From: Eledone cirrhosa
Lineage: Eukaryota
NCBI GenBank assembly: GCA_964016885.1
Contig: CAXHJY010000740.1
Location: forward strand, 1 to 64,000
DNA: 64,000 nt
Direction: 5' to 3'
Shown here: positions 1-15,300 of the stretch, in pieces
Layout: each line of letters opens with the position of its first letter
How positions within the stretch are numbered: position 1 is the first letter of the stretch
Translations under genes and position numbers: made by a program
The notes under the pieces: model-generated
Told to the model about the DNA's origin: nothing
The model's database searches: none
What the model saw: the letters and a program-made list of their open reading frames with translations, nothing else

Positions 1-1991
1 CCCTGCTTCCAGGTTTGGAATTTATTCTCTAGTTCTACCATAGATTCAGCTATGAGTGCGAGGTCATCAGCATACAGGAGTTCCCATGGGCATCCGGTCT
101 TAAACTCCTCCGTTATTGCCTGCAGGACTATGATGAACAGGAGAGGGCTAAGAACAGAGCCCTGGTGGACCCCAACCTGTACGCTAAATTCCTCGCTATA
201 CTCATTGCCAATCCTAACTTTGCTGACTGCTCCCCTATACATGGCTTGTACCGCTTTCACAAGCCATTCATCTACTCCTAGTTTTCTAAGAGCCCACCAG
301 ATTACTGCACGTGGAACTCTGTCAAAGGCTTTCTCAAGGTCGACAAATGCCAAGTAGAGTGGCTTACTTTTAGCTAGGTACTTTTCCTGTAATTGCCTCA
401 CAAGGAAGAGCGCATCAGTGGTGCCTTTCCCTGGTACAAACCCAAATTGCATCTCGTCTATATTCACCCGGTCCCTAATCAGCTGTGCTATAACTCTTTC
501 TGTTACTTTCATGACCTGGTCCATCAACTTTATACCTCTATAGTTTCCTCTATCTAGTGCATCGCCTTTACCTTTGTAGCAGTTGACAATGATGCTACTG
601 CACCAATCTTTTGGTATGGCCCCCTCTAGTATTACCTGGTTAACGATACGTGTGGTTATAGTGTGACCTACAGACCCAGATGCCTTCAGCATCTCGGCAG
701 CTATACCCGATGGACCGGTTGCCTTCCCTATCTTCATATCTCTGATTGCCTTACTTACTACGCTGCCGCTGACTTGTACTGCTGGTCCCTCTATAGGGTC
801 TACGTGGGGTAGGGTCTCTTCTTCCCATGCATTCTCCTCATTTAGTAATCTATCATAATGACTCTTCCATGCATCTTTCTTCTCAGCACTTGTGAGGGCA
901 AGCTCACCTTTATCATTCCGGATACACTTCTCTCCAATGACATCACAACTATCTCTGACACACTGCCTCGCAATCTTGAATACCTCCTGTTTCTGGTCCT
1001 CACGTTGTAAAACATGCTTGAATTTTCTATCCTCTGCTTCCCTCCTAGCTAAGTATACTTGTCGCCTAGCTTCCCTCTTGGTCTCTATGTAATGTACCCT
1101 GCTCCCCCCGTTCTTCCATTCTTTCCATGCCTGTCTCTTGGCCTTGACTGCTTCATCTACCTTATTGTTCCACCACCAAGTCACTCTCCTCCTGCTTGAG
1201 GTCTTACTCCAGCCACAAACCTCATCCGTCGCCTCTAGTAAGTTATTTTTTAGGAACTCCCAGTTCTCTTCTACGTTAAATGTCTCTATCTGTTCTTCTT
1301 TACTGTCGTAGGCGTTGAGTAAAATATCTTTAAATCTGTTACTGGTTGAGGGGACTTTCAGCTTCCAGATCTTTCTTCTCCAGGTTGGCCTCTGTTTCAG
1401 GGCTCGTCTAGTTCTGACCGTGAGGTCGCTGACAACTAAGCTATGTTGGGATGTACATTCCTCACTAGGGAAGGCTTTTGTGTTTACGACCGTCCATCTG
1501 TCACGTCCTCTGATGAGGATAAAATCTAACTGACTAGAGTGCTCCCCTGATCTATAGGTGATCAGGTGGTTGTCGGGTTTTTTAAAGTTTGTGTTACATA
1601 TCGACATGTCATTGGCGTCGCAGAATTCTAGAAGTCTGAATCCTTCCTCATTCCTTGTGCCAACTCCATGGCCTCCATGTACTCTATTGAAGCCGTTGCA
1701 GTGTTTACCTACGTGTCCGTTAAAATCTCCTGCAATGATTAGGAAGTCCTTGTCGTCTGTTAGAGCAGTAGTGTGTATTAGGGACTCGTAAAACCTATCC
1801 TTAAGTTCGTCTGGCAGCCCCGATTGGGGTGCGTAAGCTGATATTATTGTGGTAATTGTCTTATTCAGGACTAGTCTGAGTTTAATGATTCTTGCATTTA
1901 CCCTGTACACTGAGATTACTTTATCTACCCACTTGTCAGCTAATAGTATACCTACACCACCCATCCCATCGTCATTTCCCACCCAGAAAAA
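1..1991 (-). CDS. RTE-clade LINE ORF (APE endonuclease + reverse transcriptase), 5'-truncated, runs off the left window edge
   Basis: Manual minus-strand translation gives APE motifs (GVGILL, ISAYAPQ, IIAGDFNGHVG, QLDFIL, SQHSLV) and RT motifs (GVHQGSVLSPLLF, LLYADDL with YADD at 63-74) in the same frame. I saw no stop in the parts translated. The ORF track lists no terminated minus-strand ORF here, consistent with an open frame reaching the edge. Confidence 0.93.
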
Positions 1992-1993
1992 TT

Positions 1994-2590
1994 ATATATA
2001 TATATCATCATCATCATCATCATCACCGTTTTACGTCCGTTCTTCCACGCTAGCATGGGTTAGACGGGTTGTCCTGTTGTGGGCAGTGTCTGGTCGGCTG
2101 ACCATGCCTTGCTCATACAGGAACTGATCTGGCTTGATTTCTACAGCTGGATGCCCTTCCTAACACCAACCTCATTTACAGTGAGTGCTGGGTGCTTTTT
2201 CGTGGCGCCTACACGTCCACTTTACAGTGTGGGCTGGGTGCTTTTTTGCCGTGGCACCTCCACGACCACCTTGCGGTGGGGGGGGGGGCATATTGTTTAT
2301 ATGCTTCAGCATGTACCCATGGGAGGTCGGGTACCCTGTATTACTGCGTGACGCCAGAAGTCACGGTCGTGTGTCATTGACTTTGAGAGGTGTAGTTGGG
2401 TAAGGTCGGCTTTTATCACCTCATCCCAAGTCATCTTGGGTCGCCCCACTCCGCGGTTTCCATCAACTTCTAGTGCTCTGCACCTTTTTATGCAGCTGTC
2501 ATCCTTCATACGCATCACATGTCCATACCAGCGTAACCGCCTCTCCTGCACGCAGCATTTGATTCCTCTTATGCTCAGTCTCTCTCTCAA
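1994..2590 (-). mobile_element. Short 5'-truncated RTE LINE copy: ORF C-terminus, 3' UTR and (GAT)n(TA)n tail
   Basis: ERRLRWYGHVMRM...GRPKMTWDEVIKADL is a typical RTE C-terminus, with the stop at 2306. The tail reads acggacgtaaaacggtgatgatgat...tatata on the minus strand. Confidence 0.9.
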
Positions 2591-2593
2591 TAT

Positions 2594-2627
<34 letters not shown>

Positions 2628-2682
2628 ATATATATATATATATAATATATATATATATATAATATATATATATATATAATAT

Positions 2683-2746
<64 letters not shown>

Positions 2747-2757
2747 TATATATATAT
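2590..2757. repeat. Interrupted (TA)n microsatellite
   Basis: Directly visible. Confidence 0.97.
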
Positions 2758-3104
2758 CGATTGTTTTAAGGAACAAAATTAAAATTATTGAATCCCATAT
2801 TAGAAAATTGTAGCAACAGGCGATTGGTTCAGCTTAAATAAACTACATGGTGTATGTGTGTGTGTGTATGTACGTGTGTGTGTGTATGTACGTGCGATTG
2901 TGTGTGTGTGGAGGAGGCGGGTGCGGGGGGTACGTGGTTGCCTATTGACTAGTCTATATACAAATCAGCATAAGTGAAACAGCTGTTGGAGGAATATGTG
3001 GGTGGTGTGTTGGCAGATGTGTCAAATCAATAAGAGGGTTCAAGGTTTCCAGCTATACGTGAGGCACAAAAGAGTGCACAACTCAAATACTCCCTGGTTA
3101 ATAC

Positions 3105-3340
3105 CCTTCTCTTTCTACCTATGTTGTATACACCCCACCTCCAGGGTCAGTATACTAATTACTTGCTCTGAACATCAACCCTATGGAAGTAGCACTTTCT
3201 CTTTATGGACCCACCTATGTTGTATCCACCCAAGAGCCAACAGTAATGACAACATCCTGCTCTGTTCATACCCACAACTCCGGGATCAGCACTAATGACT
3301 AAATCCTGCTCACACCATGATCCATACGGAACTCCTTTTC
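3105..3340. repeat. Degenerate ~90-bp ancestral units of the satellite (left flank)
   Basis: Contains ttctc..ggacccacctatgttgtatc followed by cagcactaatgactaaatcctgctcacacca. The same extension occurs at 33377-33430. Confidence 0.75.
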
Positions 3341-6300
3341 TCTTCTTGGACCCACCTATGTTGTATCCCCCACCTAGTGCCAGTACGTTCTCTTCTTGGA
3401 CCCACATATGTTGTATCCAACCCCTATTGCCAGTATATTCTCTTCTTGGACCGACATATGTTGTATACAACCCCTAGTGCCAGTATATTCTCTTCGTGGA
3501 CCCACCTATGTTGTATCCAACCCCTAGTGCCAGTATATTCTCTTCGTGGACCCACCTATGTTGTATCCAACACCTAGTGCCAGTATATTCTCTTCATGGA
3601 CCCACCTATGTTGTATCCAACCCCTAGTGCCAGTATATTCTCTTCTTGGACCCACCTATGTTGTATCCAACCCCTAGTGCCAGTATATTCTCTTCATGGA
3701 CCCACCTATGTTGTATCTACACCCCTAGTGCCAGTATATTCTCTACATGAACCCACCTATGTTGTATCTACACCCCTAGTGCCAGTATATTCTCTTCTTG
3801 GACCCACCTATGTTGTATCCAACCCCTAGTGCCAGTATATTCTCTTCTTGGACCCACCTATGTTGTATCCAACCCCTAGTGCCAGTATATTCTCTTCATG
3901 GACCCACCTATGTTGTATCCCACCCCTAGTGCCAGTACGTTCTCTTCATGGACCCATCTATGTTGTATCCAACCCCTAGTGCCAGTATATTCTCTTCATG
4001 GACCCACCTATGTTGTATCCAACCCCTAGTGCCAGTACGTTCTCTTCATGGACCCACCTATGTTGTATCCAACCCCTAGTGCCAGTATATTCTCTTCATG
4101 GACCCACCTATGTTGTATCCAACCCCTAGTACCAGTACGTTCTCTTCATGGACCCACCTATGTTGTATCCAACCCCTAGTGCCAGTATATTCTCTTCTTG
4201 GACCCACATATGTTGTATACAACCCCTAGTGCCAGTATATTCTCTTCTTGGACCCACATATGTTGTATCCAACTCCTAGTGACAGTATATTCTCTTCATG
4301 GACCCACCTATGTTGTATCCAACCCTACTGCCAGTATATTCTCTTCTTGGGCCCACATATGTTGTATCCAACCCCTAGTGCCAGTATATTGTCTTCTTGG
4401 ACCCACCTATGTTGTATCCAACCCCTAGTGCCAGTACGTTCTCTTCATGGACCCACCTATGTTGTATCCAACCCCTAGTGCCAGTATATTCTCTTCTTTG
4501 ACCCACCTATGTTGTATCCAACCCCTAATGCCAGTATATTCTCTTCATGGACCAACCTATGTTGTATCCAACCCCTAGTGCCAGTATATTCTCTTCATGG
4601 ACCCACCTATGTTGTATCCCACCCCTAGTGCCAGTATATTCTCTTCTTGGACCCAACTATGTTGTATCCAAACCCTAGTGCCAGTACGTTCTCTTCTTGG
4701 ACCCACCTGTGTTGTATCCAACCCCTAGTGACAGTACGTTCTCTTCTTGGACCCACCTATGTTGTATCCAACCCCTAGTGCCAGTACGTTCTCTTCATGG
4801 ACCCACCTATGTTGTATCCAAACCCTAGTGCCAGTACGTTCTCTTCTTGGACCCACCTATGTTGTATCCAACCCCTAGTGCCAGTACGTTCTCTTCATGG
4901 ACCCACCTATGTTGTATCCAACCCCTAGTGCCAGTACGATCTCTTCTTGGACCCACCTATGTTCTATCCAACCCCTAGTGCCAGTATATTCTCTTCTTGG
5001 ACCCACCTATGTTGTATCCAACACCTAGTGCCAGTACGTTCTCTTCTTGGACCCACCTATGTTGTATCCCACCCCTAGTGCCAGTATATTCTCTTCTTGG
5101 ACCCACCTATGTTGTATCCCACCCCTAGTGCCAGTATATTCTCTTCTTGGACCCACCTATGTTGTATCCAACCCCTAGTGCCAGTACGTTCTCTTCTTGA
5201 ACCCACCCCTAGTGCCAGTATATTCTCTTCTTGGACGCACCTAAGTTGTATCCAACCCCTAGTGCCAGTACGTTCTCTTCTTGGACCCACCTATGTTGTA
5301 TCCAACCCCTAGTGCCAGTACGTTCTCTTCATGGACCCACCTATGTTGTATCCAACCCCTGGTGACAGTACGTTCTCTTCTTGGACCCACCTATGTTGTA
5401 TCCCACCCCTAGTGCCAGTATATTCTCTTCTTGGACCCACCTATGTTGTATCCCACCCCTAGTGCCAGTACGTTCTCTTCTTGAACCCGCCCCTAGTGCC
5501 AGTATATTCTCTTCTTGGACCCACCTAAGTTGTATCCAACCCCTAGTGCCAGTACGTTCTCTTCTTGGACCCACCTATGTTGTATCCAACCCCTAGTGCC
5601 AGTATATTCTCTTCTTGGACCCACCTATGTTGTATCCAACCCCTGGTGCCAGTACGTTCTCTTCTTGGACCCACCTAAGTTGTATCCAACCCCTAGTGCC
5701 AGTACGTTCTCTTCTTGGACCCACCTAAGTTGTATCCAACCCCTAGTGCCAGTACGTTCTCTTCTTGGACCCACCTATGTTGTATCCCACCCCTAGTGCC
5801 AGTATATTCTCTTCTTGGACCCACCTATGTTGTATCCCACCCCTAGTGCCAGTATATTCTCTTCATGGACCCACCTATGTTGTATCCAACCCCTAGTGCC
5901 AGTACGTTCTCTTCTTGGACCCACCTATGTTGTATCCAACCCCTAGTGCCAGTACGTTCTCTTCTTGGACCCACCTATATTGTATCCAACCCCTAGTGCC
6001 AGTATATTCTCTTCTTGGACCCACCTATGTTGTATCCAACCCCTAGTGCCAGTACGTTCTCTTCTTTGACCCACCTATATTGTATCCAACCCCTAGTGCC
6101 AGTAAGTTCTCTTCTTGGACCCACCTAAGTTGTATCCAACCCCTAGTGCCAGTATATTCTCTTCATGGACCCACCTATGTTGTATCCCACCCTTAGTGCC
6201 AGTATATTCTCTTCTTGGACCCACCTATGTTGTATCCAACCCCTAGTGCCAGTACGTTCTCTTCATGGACCCACCTATGTTGTATCCAACCCCTAGTGCC

Positions 6301-9300
6301 AGTACGTTCTCTTATTGGACCCACCTAAGTTGTATCCAACCCCTAGTGCCAGTATATTCTCTTCATGGACCCACCTATGTTGTATCCAACCCCTAGTGCC
6401 AGTATATTCTCTTCTTGGACCCACCTATGTTGTATCCAACTCCTAGTGCCAGTATGTTCTCTTCTTGGACCCACCTAAGTTGTATCCAACCCCTAGTGCC
6501 AGTATATTCTCTTCATGGACCCACCTATGTTGTATCCCACCCCTAGTGCCAGTATATTCTCTTCATGGACCCACCTATGTTGTATCCCACCCCTAGTGCC
6601 AGTATATTCTCTTCTTGGACCCACCTATGTTGTATCCAACCCCTAGTGCCAGTATATTCTCTTCATGGACCCACCTATGTTGTATCCCACCCCTAGTGCC
6701 AGTACGTTCTCTTCATGGACCCACCTATGTTGTATCCAACCCCTAGTGCCAGTACGTTCTCTTCATGGACCCACCTATGTTGTATCCAACCCCTAGTGCC
6801 AGTACGTTCTCTTCATGGACCCACCTATGTTGTATCCAACCCCTAGTGCCAGTACGTTCTCTTCTTTGACCCACCTATATTGTATCCAACCCCTAGTGCC
6901 AGTAAGTTCTCTTCTTGGACCCAACTATGTTGTATCCAACCCCTAGTGCCAGTACGTTCTCTTCATGGACCCACCTATGTTGTATCCAACCCCTAGTGCC
7001 AGTATATTCTCTTCTTTGACCCACCTATGTTGTATCCAACCCCTAGTGCCAGTATATTCTCTTCATGGACCCACCTATGTTGTATCCCACCCCTAGTGCC
7101 AGTATATTCTCTTCATGGACCCACCTATGTTGTATCCAACCCCTAGTGCCAGTACGTTCTCTTCATGGACCCACCTATGTTGTATCCAACCCCTAGTGCC
7201 AGTACGATCTCTTCTTGGACCCACCTATGTTCTATCCAACCCCTAGTGCCAGTATATTCTCTTCTTGGACCCACCTATGTTGTATCCAACACCTAGTGCC
7301 AGTACGTTCTCTTCTTGGACCCACCTATGTTGTATCCCACCCCTAGTGCCAGTATATTCTCTTCTTGGACCCACCTATGTTGTATCCCACCCCTAGTGCC
7401 AGTATATTCTCTTCTTGGACCCACCTATGTTGTATCCAACCCCTAGTGCCAGTACGTTCTCTTCTTGAACCCACCCCTAGTGCCAGTATATTCTCTTCTT
7501 GGACGCACCTAAGTTGTATCCAACCCCTAGTGCCAGTACGTTCTCTTCTTGGACCCACCTATGTTGTATCCAACCCCTAGTGCCAGTACGTTCTCTTCAT
7601 GGACCCACCTATGTTGTATCCAACCCCTGGTGACAGTACGTTCTCTTCTTGGACCCACCTATGTTGTATCCCACCCCTAGTGCCAGTATATTCTCTTCTT
7701 GGACCCACCTATGTTGTATCCCACCCCTAGTGCCAGTACGTTCTCTTCTTGAACCCGCCCCTAGTGCCAGTATATTCTCTTCTTGGACCCACCTAAGTTG
7801 TATCCAACCCCTAGTGCCAGTACGTTCTCTTCTTGGACCCACCTATGTTGTATCCAACCCCTAGTGCCAGTATATTCTCTTCTTGGACCCACCTATGTTG
7901 TATCCAACCCCTGGTGCCAGTACGTTCTCTTCTTGGACCCACCTAAGTTGTATCCAACCCCTAGTGCCAGTACGTTCTCTTCTTGGACCCACCTAAGTTG
8001 TATCCAACCCCTAGTGCCAGTACGTTCTCTTCTTGGACCCACCTATGTTGTATCCCACCCCTAGTGCCAGTATATTCTCTTCTTGGACCCACCTATGTTG
8101 TATCCCACCCCTAGTGCCAGTATATTCTCTTCATGGACCCACCTATGTTGTATCCAACCCCTAGTGCCAGTACGTTCTCTTCTTGGACCAGCCTATGTTG
8201 TATCCAACCCCTAGTGCCAGTACATTCTCTTCTTGGACCCACCTATATTGTATCCAACCCCTAGTGCCAGTATATTCTCTTCTTGGACCCACCTATGTTG
8301 TATCCAACCCCTAGTGCCAGTACGTTCTCTTCTTTGACCCACCTATATTGTATCCAACCCCTAGTGCCAGTAAGTTCTCTTCTTGGACCCACCTAAGTTG
8401 TATCCAACCCCTAGTGCCAGTATATTCTCTTCATGGACCCACCTATGTTGTATCCCACCCTTAGTGCCAGTATATTCTCTTCTTGGACCCACCTATGTTG
8501 TATCCAACCCCTAGTGCCAGTACGTTCTCTTCATGGACCCACCTATGTTGTATCCAACCCCTAGTGCCAGTACGTTCTCTTCTTGGACCCACCTAAGTTG
8601 TATCCAACCCCTAGTGCCAGTATATTCTCTTCATGGACCTACCTATGTTGTATCCCACTCCTAGTGCCAGTATATTCTCTTCTTGGACCCACCTATGTTG
8701 TATCCAACTCCTAGTGCCAGTATGTTCTCTTCTTGGACCCACCTAAGTTGTATCCAACCCCTAGTGCCAGTATATTCTCTTCATGGACCCACCTATGTTG
8801 TATCCCACCCCTAGTGCCAGTATATTCTCTTCATGGACCCACCTATGTTGTATCCCACCCCTAGTGCCAGTATATTCTCTTCTTGGACCCACCTATGTTG
8901 TATCCAACCCCTAGTGCCAGTATATTCTCTTCATGGACCCACCTATGTTGTATCCCACCCCTAGTGCCAGTACGTTCTCTTCATGGACCCACCTATGTTG
9001 TATCCAACCCCTAGTGCCAGTACGTTCTCTTCATGGACCCACCTATGTTGTATCCAACCCCTAGTGCCAGTACGTTCTCTTCTTTGACCCACCTATATTG
9101 TATCCAACCCCTAGTGCCAGTAAGTTCTCTTCTTGGACCCAACTATGTTGTATCCAACCCCTAGTGCCAGTACGTTCTCTTCATGGACCCACCTATGTTG
9201 TATCCAACCCCTAGTGCCAGTATATTCTCTTCTTTGACCCACCTATGTTGTATACAACCCCTAGTGCCAGTATATTCTCTTCATGGACCCATCTATGTTG

Positions 9301-12300
9301 TATCCAACCCCTAGTGCCAGTATATTCTCTTCATGGACCCACCTATGTTGTATCCCACCCCTAGTGCCAGTATATTCTCTTCATGGACCCACCTATGTTG
9401 TATCCAACCCCTAGTGCCAGTACGTTCTCTTCTTGGACCCACCTATGTTGTATCCCACCCCTAGTGCCAGTATATTCTCTTCTTGTACCCAACTATGTTG
9501 TATCCAACCCCTAGTGCCAGTACGTTCTCTTCTTGGACCCACCTATGTTGTATCCAACCCCTAGTGACAGTACGTTCTCTTCTTGGACCCACCTATGTTG
9601 TATCCAACCCCTAGTGCCAGTACGTTCTCTTCATGGACCCACCTATGTTGTATCCAAACCCTAGTGCCAGTACGTTCTCTTCTTGGACCCACCTATGTTG
9701 TATCCAACCCCTAGTGCCAGTACGTTCTCTTCTTGAACCCACCCCTAGTGCCAGTATATTCTCTTCTTGGACGCACCTAAGTTGTATCCAACCCCTAGTG
9801 CCAGTACGTTCTCTTCTTGGACCCACCTATGTTGTATCCAACCCCTAGTGCCAGTACGTTCTCTTCATGGACCCACATATGTTGTATCCAACCCCTGGTG
9901 ACAGTACGTTCTCTTCTTGGACCCACCTATGTTGTATCCCACCCCTAGTGCCAGTATATTCTCTTCTTGGACCCACCTATGTTGTATCCCACCCCTAGTG
10001 CCAGTACGTTCTCTTCTTGAACCCGCCCCTAGTGCCAGTATATTCTCTTCTTGGACCCACCTAAGTTGTATCCAACCCCTAGTGCCAGTACGTTCTCTTC
10101 TTGGACCCACCTATGTTGTATCCAACCCCTAGTGCCAGTATATTCTCTTCTTGGACCCACCTATGTTGTATCCAACCCCTGGTGCCAGTACGTTCTCTTC
10201 TTGGACCCACCTAAGTTGTATCCAACCCCTAGTGCCAGTACGTTCTCTTCTTGGACCCACCTAAGTTGTATCCAACCCCTAGTGCCACTATATTCTCTTC
10301 TTGGACCCACCTATGTTGTATCCCACCCCTAGTGCCAGTATATTCTCTTCTTGGACCCACCTATGTTGTATCCCACCCCTAGTGCCAGTATATTCTCTTC
10401 ATGGACCCACCTATGTTGTATCCAACCCCTAGTGCCAGTACGTTCTCTTCTTGGACCCACCTATGTTGTATCCAACCCCTAGTGCCAGTACGTTCTCTTC
10501 TTGGACCCACCTATATTGTATCCAACCCCTAGTGCCAGTATATTCTCTTCTTGGACCCACCTATGTTGTATCCAACCCCTAGTGCCAGTACGTTCTCTTC
10601 TTTGACCCACCTATATTGTATCCAACCCCTAGTGCCAGTAAGTTCTCTTCTTGGACCCACCTAAGTTGTATCCAACCCCTAGTGCCAGTATATTCTCTTC
10701 ATGGACCCACCTATGTTGTATCCCACCCTTAGTGCCAGTATATTCTCTTCTTGGACCCACCTATGTTGTATCCAACCCCTAGTGCCAGTACGTTCTCTTC
10801 ATGGACCCACCTATGTTGTATCCAACCCCTAGTGCCAGTACGTTCTCTTCTTGGACCCACCTAAGTTGTATCCAACCCCTAGTGCCAGTATATTCTCTTC
10901 ATGGACCTACCTATGTTGTATCCCACTCCTAGTGCCAGTATATTCTATTCTTGGACCCACCTATGTTGTATCCAACTCCTAGTGCCAGTATGTTCTCTTC
11001 TTGGACCCACCTAAGTTGTATCCAACCCCTAGTGCCAGTATATTCTCTTCATGGACCCACCTATGTTGTATCCCACCCCTAGTGCCAGTATATTCTCTTC
11101 ATGGACCCACCTATGTTGTATCCCACCCCTAGTGCCAGTATATTCTCTTCTTGGACCCACCTATGTTGTATCCAACCCCTAGTGCCAGTATATTCTCTTC
11201 ATGGACCCACCTATGTTGTATCCAACCCCTAGTGCCAGTACGATCTCTTCTTGGACCCACCTATGTTCTATCCAACCCCTAGTGCCAGTATATTCTCTTC
11301 TTGGACCCACCTATGTTGTATCCAACACCTAGTGCCAGTACGTTCTCTTCTTGGACCCACCTATGTTGTATCCCACCCCTAGTGCCAGTATATTCTCTTC
11401 TTGGACCCACCTATGTTGTATCCCACCCCTAGTGCCAGTATATTCTCTTCTTGGACCCACCTATGTTGTATCCAACCCCTAGTGCCAGTACGTTCTCTTC
11501 TTGAACCCACCCCTAGTGCCAGTATATTCTCTTCTTGGACGCACCTAAGTTGTATCCAACCCCTAGTGCCAGTACGTTCTCTTCTTGGACCCACCTATGT
11601 TGTATCCAACCCCTAGTGCCAGTACGTTCTCTTCATGGACCCACCTATGTTGTATCCAACCCCTGGTGACAGTACGTTCTCTTCTTGGACCCACCTATGT
11701 TGTATCCCACCCCTAGTGCCAGTATATTCTCTTCTTGGACCCACCTATGTTGTATCCCACCCCTAGTGCCAGTACGTTCTCTTCTTGAACCCGCCCCTAG
11801 TGCCAGTATATTCTCTTCTTGGACCCACCTAAGTTGTATCCAACCCCTAGTGCCAGTACGTTCTCTTCTTGGACCCACCTATGTTGTATCCAACCCCTAG
11901 TGCCAGTATATTCTCTTCTTGGACCCACCTATGTTGTATCCAACCCCTGGTGCCAGTACGTTCTCTTCTTGGACCCACCTAAGTTGTATCCAACCCCTAG
12001 TGCCAGTACGTTCTCTTCTTGGACCCACCTAAGTTGTATCCAACCCCTAGTGCCAGTACGTTCTCTTCTTGGACCCACCTATGTTGTATCCCAGCCCTAG
12101 TGCCAGTATATTCTCTTCTTGGACCCACCTATGTTGTATCCCACCCCTAGTGCCAGTATATTCTCTTCATGGACCCACCTATGTTGTATCCAACCCCTAG
12201 TGCCAGTACGTTCTCTTCTTGGACCCACCTATGTTGTATCCAACCCCTAGTGCCAGTACGTTCTCTTCTTGGACCCACCTATATTGTATCCAACCCCTAG

Positions 12301-15300
12301 TGCCAGTATATTCTCTTCTTGGACCCACCTATGTTGTATCCAACCCCTAGTGCCAGTACGTTCTCTTCTTTGACCCACCTATATTGTATCCAACCCCTAG
12401 TGCCAGTAAGTTCTCTTCTTGGACCCACCTAAGTTGTATCCAACCCCTAGTGCCAGTATATTCTCTTCATGGACCCACCTATGTTGTATCCCACCCTTAG
12501 TGCCAGTATATTCTCTTCTTGGACCCACCTATGTTGTATCCAACCCCTAGTGCCAGTACGTTCTCTTCATGGACCCACCTATGTTGTATCCAACCCCTAG
12601 TGCCAGTACGTTCTCTTATTGGACCCACCTAAGTTGTATCCAACCCCTAGTGCCAGTATATTCTCTTCATGGACCTACCTATGTTGTATCCCACTCCTAG
12701 TGCCAGTATATTCTCTTCTTGGACCCACCTATGTTGTATCCAACTCCTAGTGCCAGTATGTTCTCTTCTTGGACCCACCTAAGTTGTATCCAACCCCTAG
12801 TGCCAGTATATTCTCTTCATGGACCCACCTATGTTGTATCCCACCCCTAGTGCCAGTATATTCTCTTCATGGACCCACCTATGTTGTATCCCACCCCTAG
12901 TGCCAGTATATTCTCTTCTTGGACCCACCTATGTTGTATCCAACCCCTAGTGCCAGTATATTCTCTTCATGGACCCACCTATGTTGTATCCCACCCCTAG
13001 TGCCAGTACGTTCTCTTCATGGACCCACCTATGTTGTATCCAACCCCTAGTGCCAGTACGTTCTCTTCATGGACCCACCTATGTTGTATCCAACCCCTAG
13101 TGCCAGTACGTTCTCTTCATGGACCCACCTATGTTGTATCCAACCCCTAGTGCCAGTACGTTCTCTTCTTTGACCCACCTATATTGTATCCAACCCCTAG
13201 TGCCAGTAAGTTCTCTTCTTGGACCCAACTATGTTGTATCCAACCCCTAGTGCCAGTACGTTCTCTTCATGGACCCACCTATGTTGTATCCAACCCCTAG
13301 TGCCAGTATATTCTCTTCTCTGACCCACCTATGTTGTATCCAACCCCTAGTGCCAGTATATTCTCTTCATGGACCCACCTATGTTGTATCCCACCCCTAG
13401 TGCCAGTATATTCTCTTCATGGACCCACCTATGTTGTATCCAACCCCTAGTGCCAGTACGTTCTCTTCATGGACCCACCTATGTTGTATCCAACCCCTAG
13501 TGCCAGTACGATCTCTTCTTGGACCCACCTATGTTCTATCCAACCCCTAGTGCCAGTATATTCTCTTCTTGGACCCACCTATGTTGTATCCAACACCTAG
13601 TGCCAGTACGTTCTCTTCTTGGACCCACCTATGTTGTATCCCACCCCTAGTGCCAGTATATTCTCTTCTTGGACCCACCTATGTTGTATCCCACCCCTAG
13701 TGCCAGTATATTCTCTTCTTGGACCCACCTATGTTGTATCCAACCCCTAGTGCCAGTACGTTCTCTTCTTGAACCCACCCCTAGTGCCAGTATATTCTCT
13801 TCTTGGACGCACCTAAGTTGTATCCAACCCCTAGTGCCAGTACGTTCTCTTCTTGGACCCACCTATGTTGTATCCAACCCCTAGTGCCAGTACGTTCTCT
13901 TCATGGACCCACCTATGTTGTATCCAACCCCTGGTGACAGTACGTTCTCTTCTTGGACCCACCTATGTTGTATCCCACCCCTAGTGCCAGTATATTCTCT
14001 TCTTGGACCCACCTATGTTGTATCCCACCCCTAGTGCCAGTACGTTCTCTTCTTGAACCCGCCCCTAGTGCCAGTATATTCTCTTCTTGGACCCACCTAA
14101 GTTGTATCCAACCCCTAGTGCCAGTACGTTCTCTTCTTGGACCCACCTAAGTTGTATCCAACCCCTAGTGCCAGTACGTTCTCTTCTTGGACCCACCTAA
14201 GTTGTATCCAACCCCTAGTGCCAGTACGTTCTCTTCTTGGACCCACCTATGTTGTATCCCACCCCTAGTGCCAGTATATTCTCTTCTTGGACCCACCTAT
14301 GTTGTATCCCACCCCTAGTGCCAGTATATTCTCTTCATGGACCCACCTATGTTGTATCCAACCCCTAGTGCCAGTACGTTCTCTTCTTGGACCCACCTAT
14401 GTTGTATCCAACCCCTAGTGCCAGTACATTCTCTTCTTGGACCCACCTATATTGTATCCAACCCCTAGTGCCAGTATATTCTCTTCTTGGACCCACCTAT
14501 GTTGTATCCAACCCCTAGTGCCAGTACGTTCTCTTCTTTGACCCACCTATATTGTATCCAACCCCTAGTGCCAGTAAGTTCTCTTCTTGGACCCACCTAA
14601 GTTGTATCCAACCCCTAGTGCCAGTATATTCTCTTCATGGACCCACCTATGTTGTATCCCACCCTTAGTGCCAGTATATTCTCTTCTTGGACCCACCTAT
14701 GTTGTATCCAACCCCTAGTGCCAGTACGTTCTCTTCATGGACCCACCTATGTTGTATCCAACCCCTAGTGCCAGTACGTTCTCTTCTTGGACCCACCTAA
14801 GTTGTATCCAACCCCTAGTGCCAGTATATTCTCTTCATGGACCTACCTATGTTGTATCCCACTCCTAGTGCCAGTATATTCTCTTCTTGGACCCACCTAT
14901 GTTGTATCCAACTCCTAGTGCCAGTATGTTCTCTTCTTGGACCCACCTAAGTTGTATCCAACCCCTAGTGCCAGTATATTCTCTTCATGGACCCACCTAT
15001 GTTGTATCCCACCCCTAGTGCCAGTATATTCTCTTCATGGACCCACCTATGTTGTATCCCACCCCTAGTGCCAGTATATTCTCTTCTTGGACACACCTAT
15101 GTTGTATCCAACCCCTAGTGCCAGTATATTCTCTTCATGGACCCACCTATGTTGTATCCCACCCCTAGTGCCAGTACGTTCTCTTCATGGACCCACCTAT
15201 GTTGTATCCAACCCCTAGTGCCAGTACGTTCTCTTCATGGACCCACCTATGTTGTATCCAACCCCTAGTGCCAGTACGTTCTCTCCTTTGACCCACCTAT

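Noticed and set aside
52-2127. Plus-strand ORFs over the LINE
   Set aside because: They are antisense shadows of the RTE ORF.
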